Origin: Octopus bimaculoides
Taxonomy: Eukaryota
Assembly (NCBI RefSeq): GCF_001194135.2
Contig: NC_068985.1
Coordinates: forward strand, 71,752,032-71,805,656
DNA length: 53,625 nt
Direction: 5' to 3'
The notes below the pieces were generated by a model. It was not told the DNA's origin. It did not search any database and worked only from the letters and a program-made list of their open reading frames with translations. Shown here one piece after another: positions 52,397 through 53,625 of this stretch (positions are counted from its first letter, which is position 1; each line of letters starts with the position of its first letter). Position numbers and translations under genes: made by a program.

Positions 52397-52689
52397 GATC
52401 GTTGCCAGTGCCCCTGGACTGGCTCTTGTGCGAGTGGCACATAAAATACACCATTTTGAGCGTGGCCGTTGCCAGTACCGCCTGACTGGCCTTCGTGCTG
52501 GTAGCACGTAAAAGCACCCACTACACTCTTGGAGTGGTTGGCGTTAGGAAGGGCATCCAGCTGTAGAAACTCTGCCAAATCAGATTGGAGCCTGGTGTAG
52601 CCATCTGGTTTCACCAGTCCTCAGTCAAATCGTCCAACCCATGCTAGCATGGAAAGCGGACGTTAAACGACGACGATGATGATGATGAT
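52397..52689 (+). mobile_element. RTE-like retroelement 3' end (family A), 5'-truncated
   Basis: Two tandem cgttgccagt... subunits, aggaagggcatccagc motif, (GAC/GAT)n tail. Confidence 0.82.
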
Positions 52690-52844
52690 ACACCTTATCA
52701 AAAAACTGCTGAATGGGTGGTGCCTGTTCTGAAGTGATAGACTTAATCAGTCACAAGCATTTAGACTCTGGTTTTCTTCCTTATTTCATCAGTCTTGGCA
52801 GTCCTGCAAATACATCATGTCTGCTGTTCTTCTTCCTTTCACTT

Positions 52845-53258
52845 ATCATCATCATCATTTAGCGTCTGTTTTCCATGCTGGCATGACTTAGATGGTTTGA
52901 TGGCAACTGGTAAACCAGAGAGCTGCACCAGGCCCCAGTCTGTTTTGGCTTGGTTTCTACAGCTGGATGACCTTCCTAACACCAATCACTCCATAGAGTG
53001 TACTGGTTGCCTTTTACATGTCACCAGTGTGAGTGTCTTTTATGTGTCATGAACACAGGTGCCTTTCACATATCGCTAGCACTGGCCATGACCATGATTT
53101 CCTTTAGCTTGACATGTCTTCTCACACATAGCAAATCATCAAGTCTTGGTCACTTGTCATTGACTTTGTGAGATTCAACATCCAAAAATCATATTTCATC
53201 ACCTCATTCCACAACTTCCTGGGTCTACCTCTTCTACAGGTTCTCTCCACAGTTGCAT
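52845..53258 (-). mobile_element. RTE-like LINE 3' fragment (ORF2 C-terminus, 3'UTR, tail)
   Basis: Minus strand reads VERTCRRGRPRKLWNEVMKYDFWMLNLTKSMTSD (GRPRKxW motif), followed by a family-A-type 3'UTR and (GAT)n tail. Confidence 0.75.
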
Positions 53259-53625
53259 GATGTTGATTAATGCATTAAGAATGACAACCTCATTAAATTA
53301 ATAAATTTGATTATTCAAACTTAATCTTTTCATTAAAGATGAAAAATATTTTAATTTTTACATTTATACTGTTTCAACTGGCTTGATCTCTGGACATCAT
53401 CCAGTGTTATTACTAGTTGTCTAATTAGTACTGGACTGCTTTCAAACATTGCAGGCCAATGACATCCGATTCATTGAGATTCATATATCAATCAGTTTGT
53501 CTGTTAAATGAGGCCTGCGAGTGTTGTAGGTGCTGTGTTCTTCCTTTAGCAAATTTATAAAAACGCTTCAAGTAGTACTAACCCAGCATCTTATTGATAT
53601 AAACACCTAAACTTCTCATCCATAT

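Overview
AT-rich, microsatellite-dense eukaryotic genomic DNA with four assembly gaps. The SINE/LINE families resemble those I recall from octopus genomes, so a coleoid cephalopod origin is an inference. I find one credible host-gene exon (12650-12777, +). It has a clean acceptor, stops in all three frames of its 5' part, an ATG at 12711 encoding a signal-peptide-like MRTSTWLLCGSIMIGLFVQISS, and a phase-1 GTAAGC donor. No convincing next exon was found, so about 41 kb downstream is probably one giant intron. The rest is transposon debris: two near-full-length Tc1/mariner pseudogenes, mariner/piggyBac/hAT-type MITEs, three tRNA-like SINE families (several with exact TSDs), RTE-like LINE 3' ends, and two Penelope-like GIY-YIG fragments. 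Almost all ORFs in the supplied track are microsatellite, gap or repeat artefacts. No rRNA, true tRNA gene, CRISPR or prokaryotic feature is supported. The best leads are a degenerate Penelope-type minimal hammerhead ribozyme, near-identical inverted retroelement pairs (possible ADAR substrates), two 3-nt microexon/recursive-splice candidates, an overlapping uORF, and a LINE with twin-priming-like inversion. I did not find a clearly novel multi-gene system.
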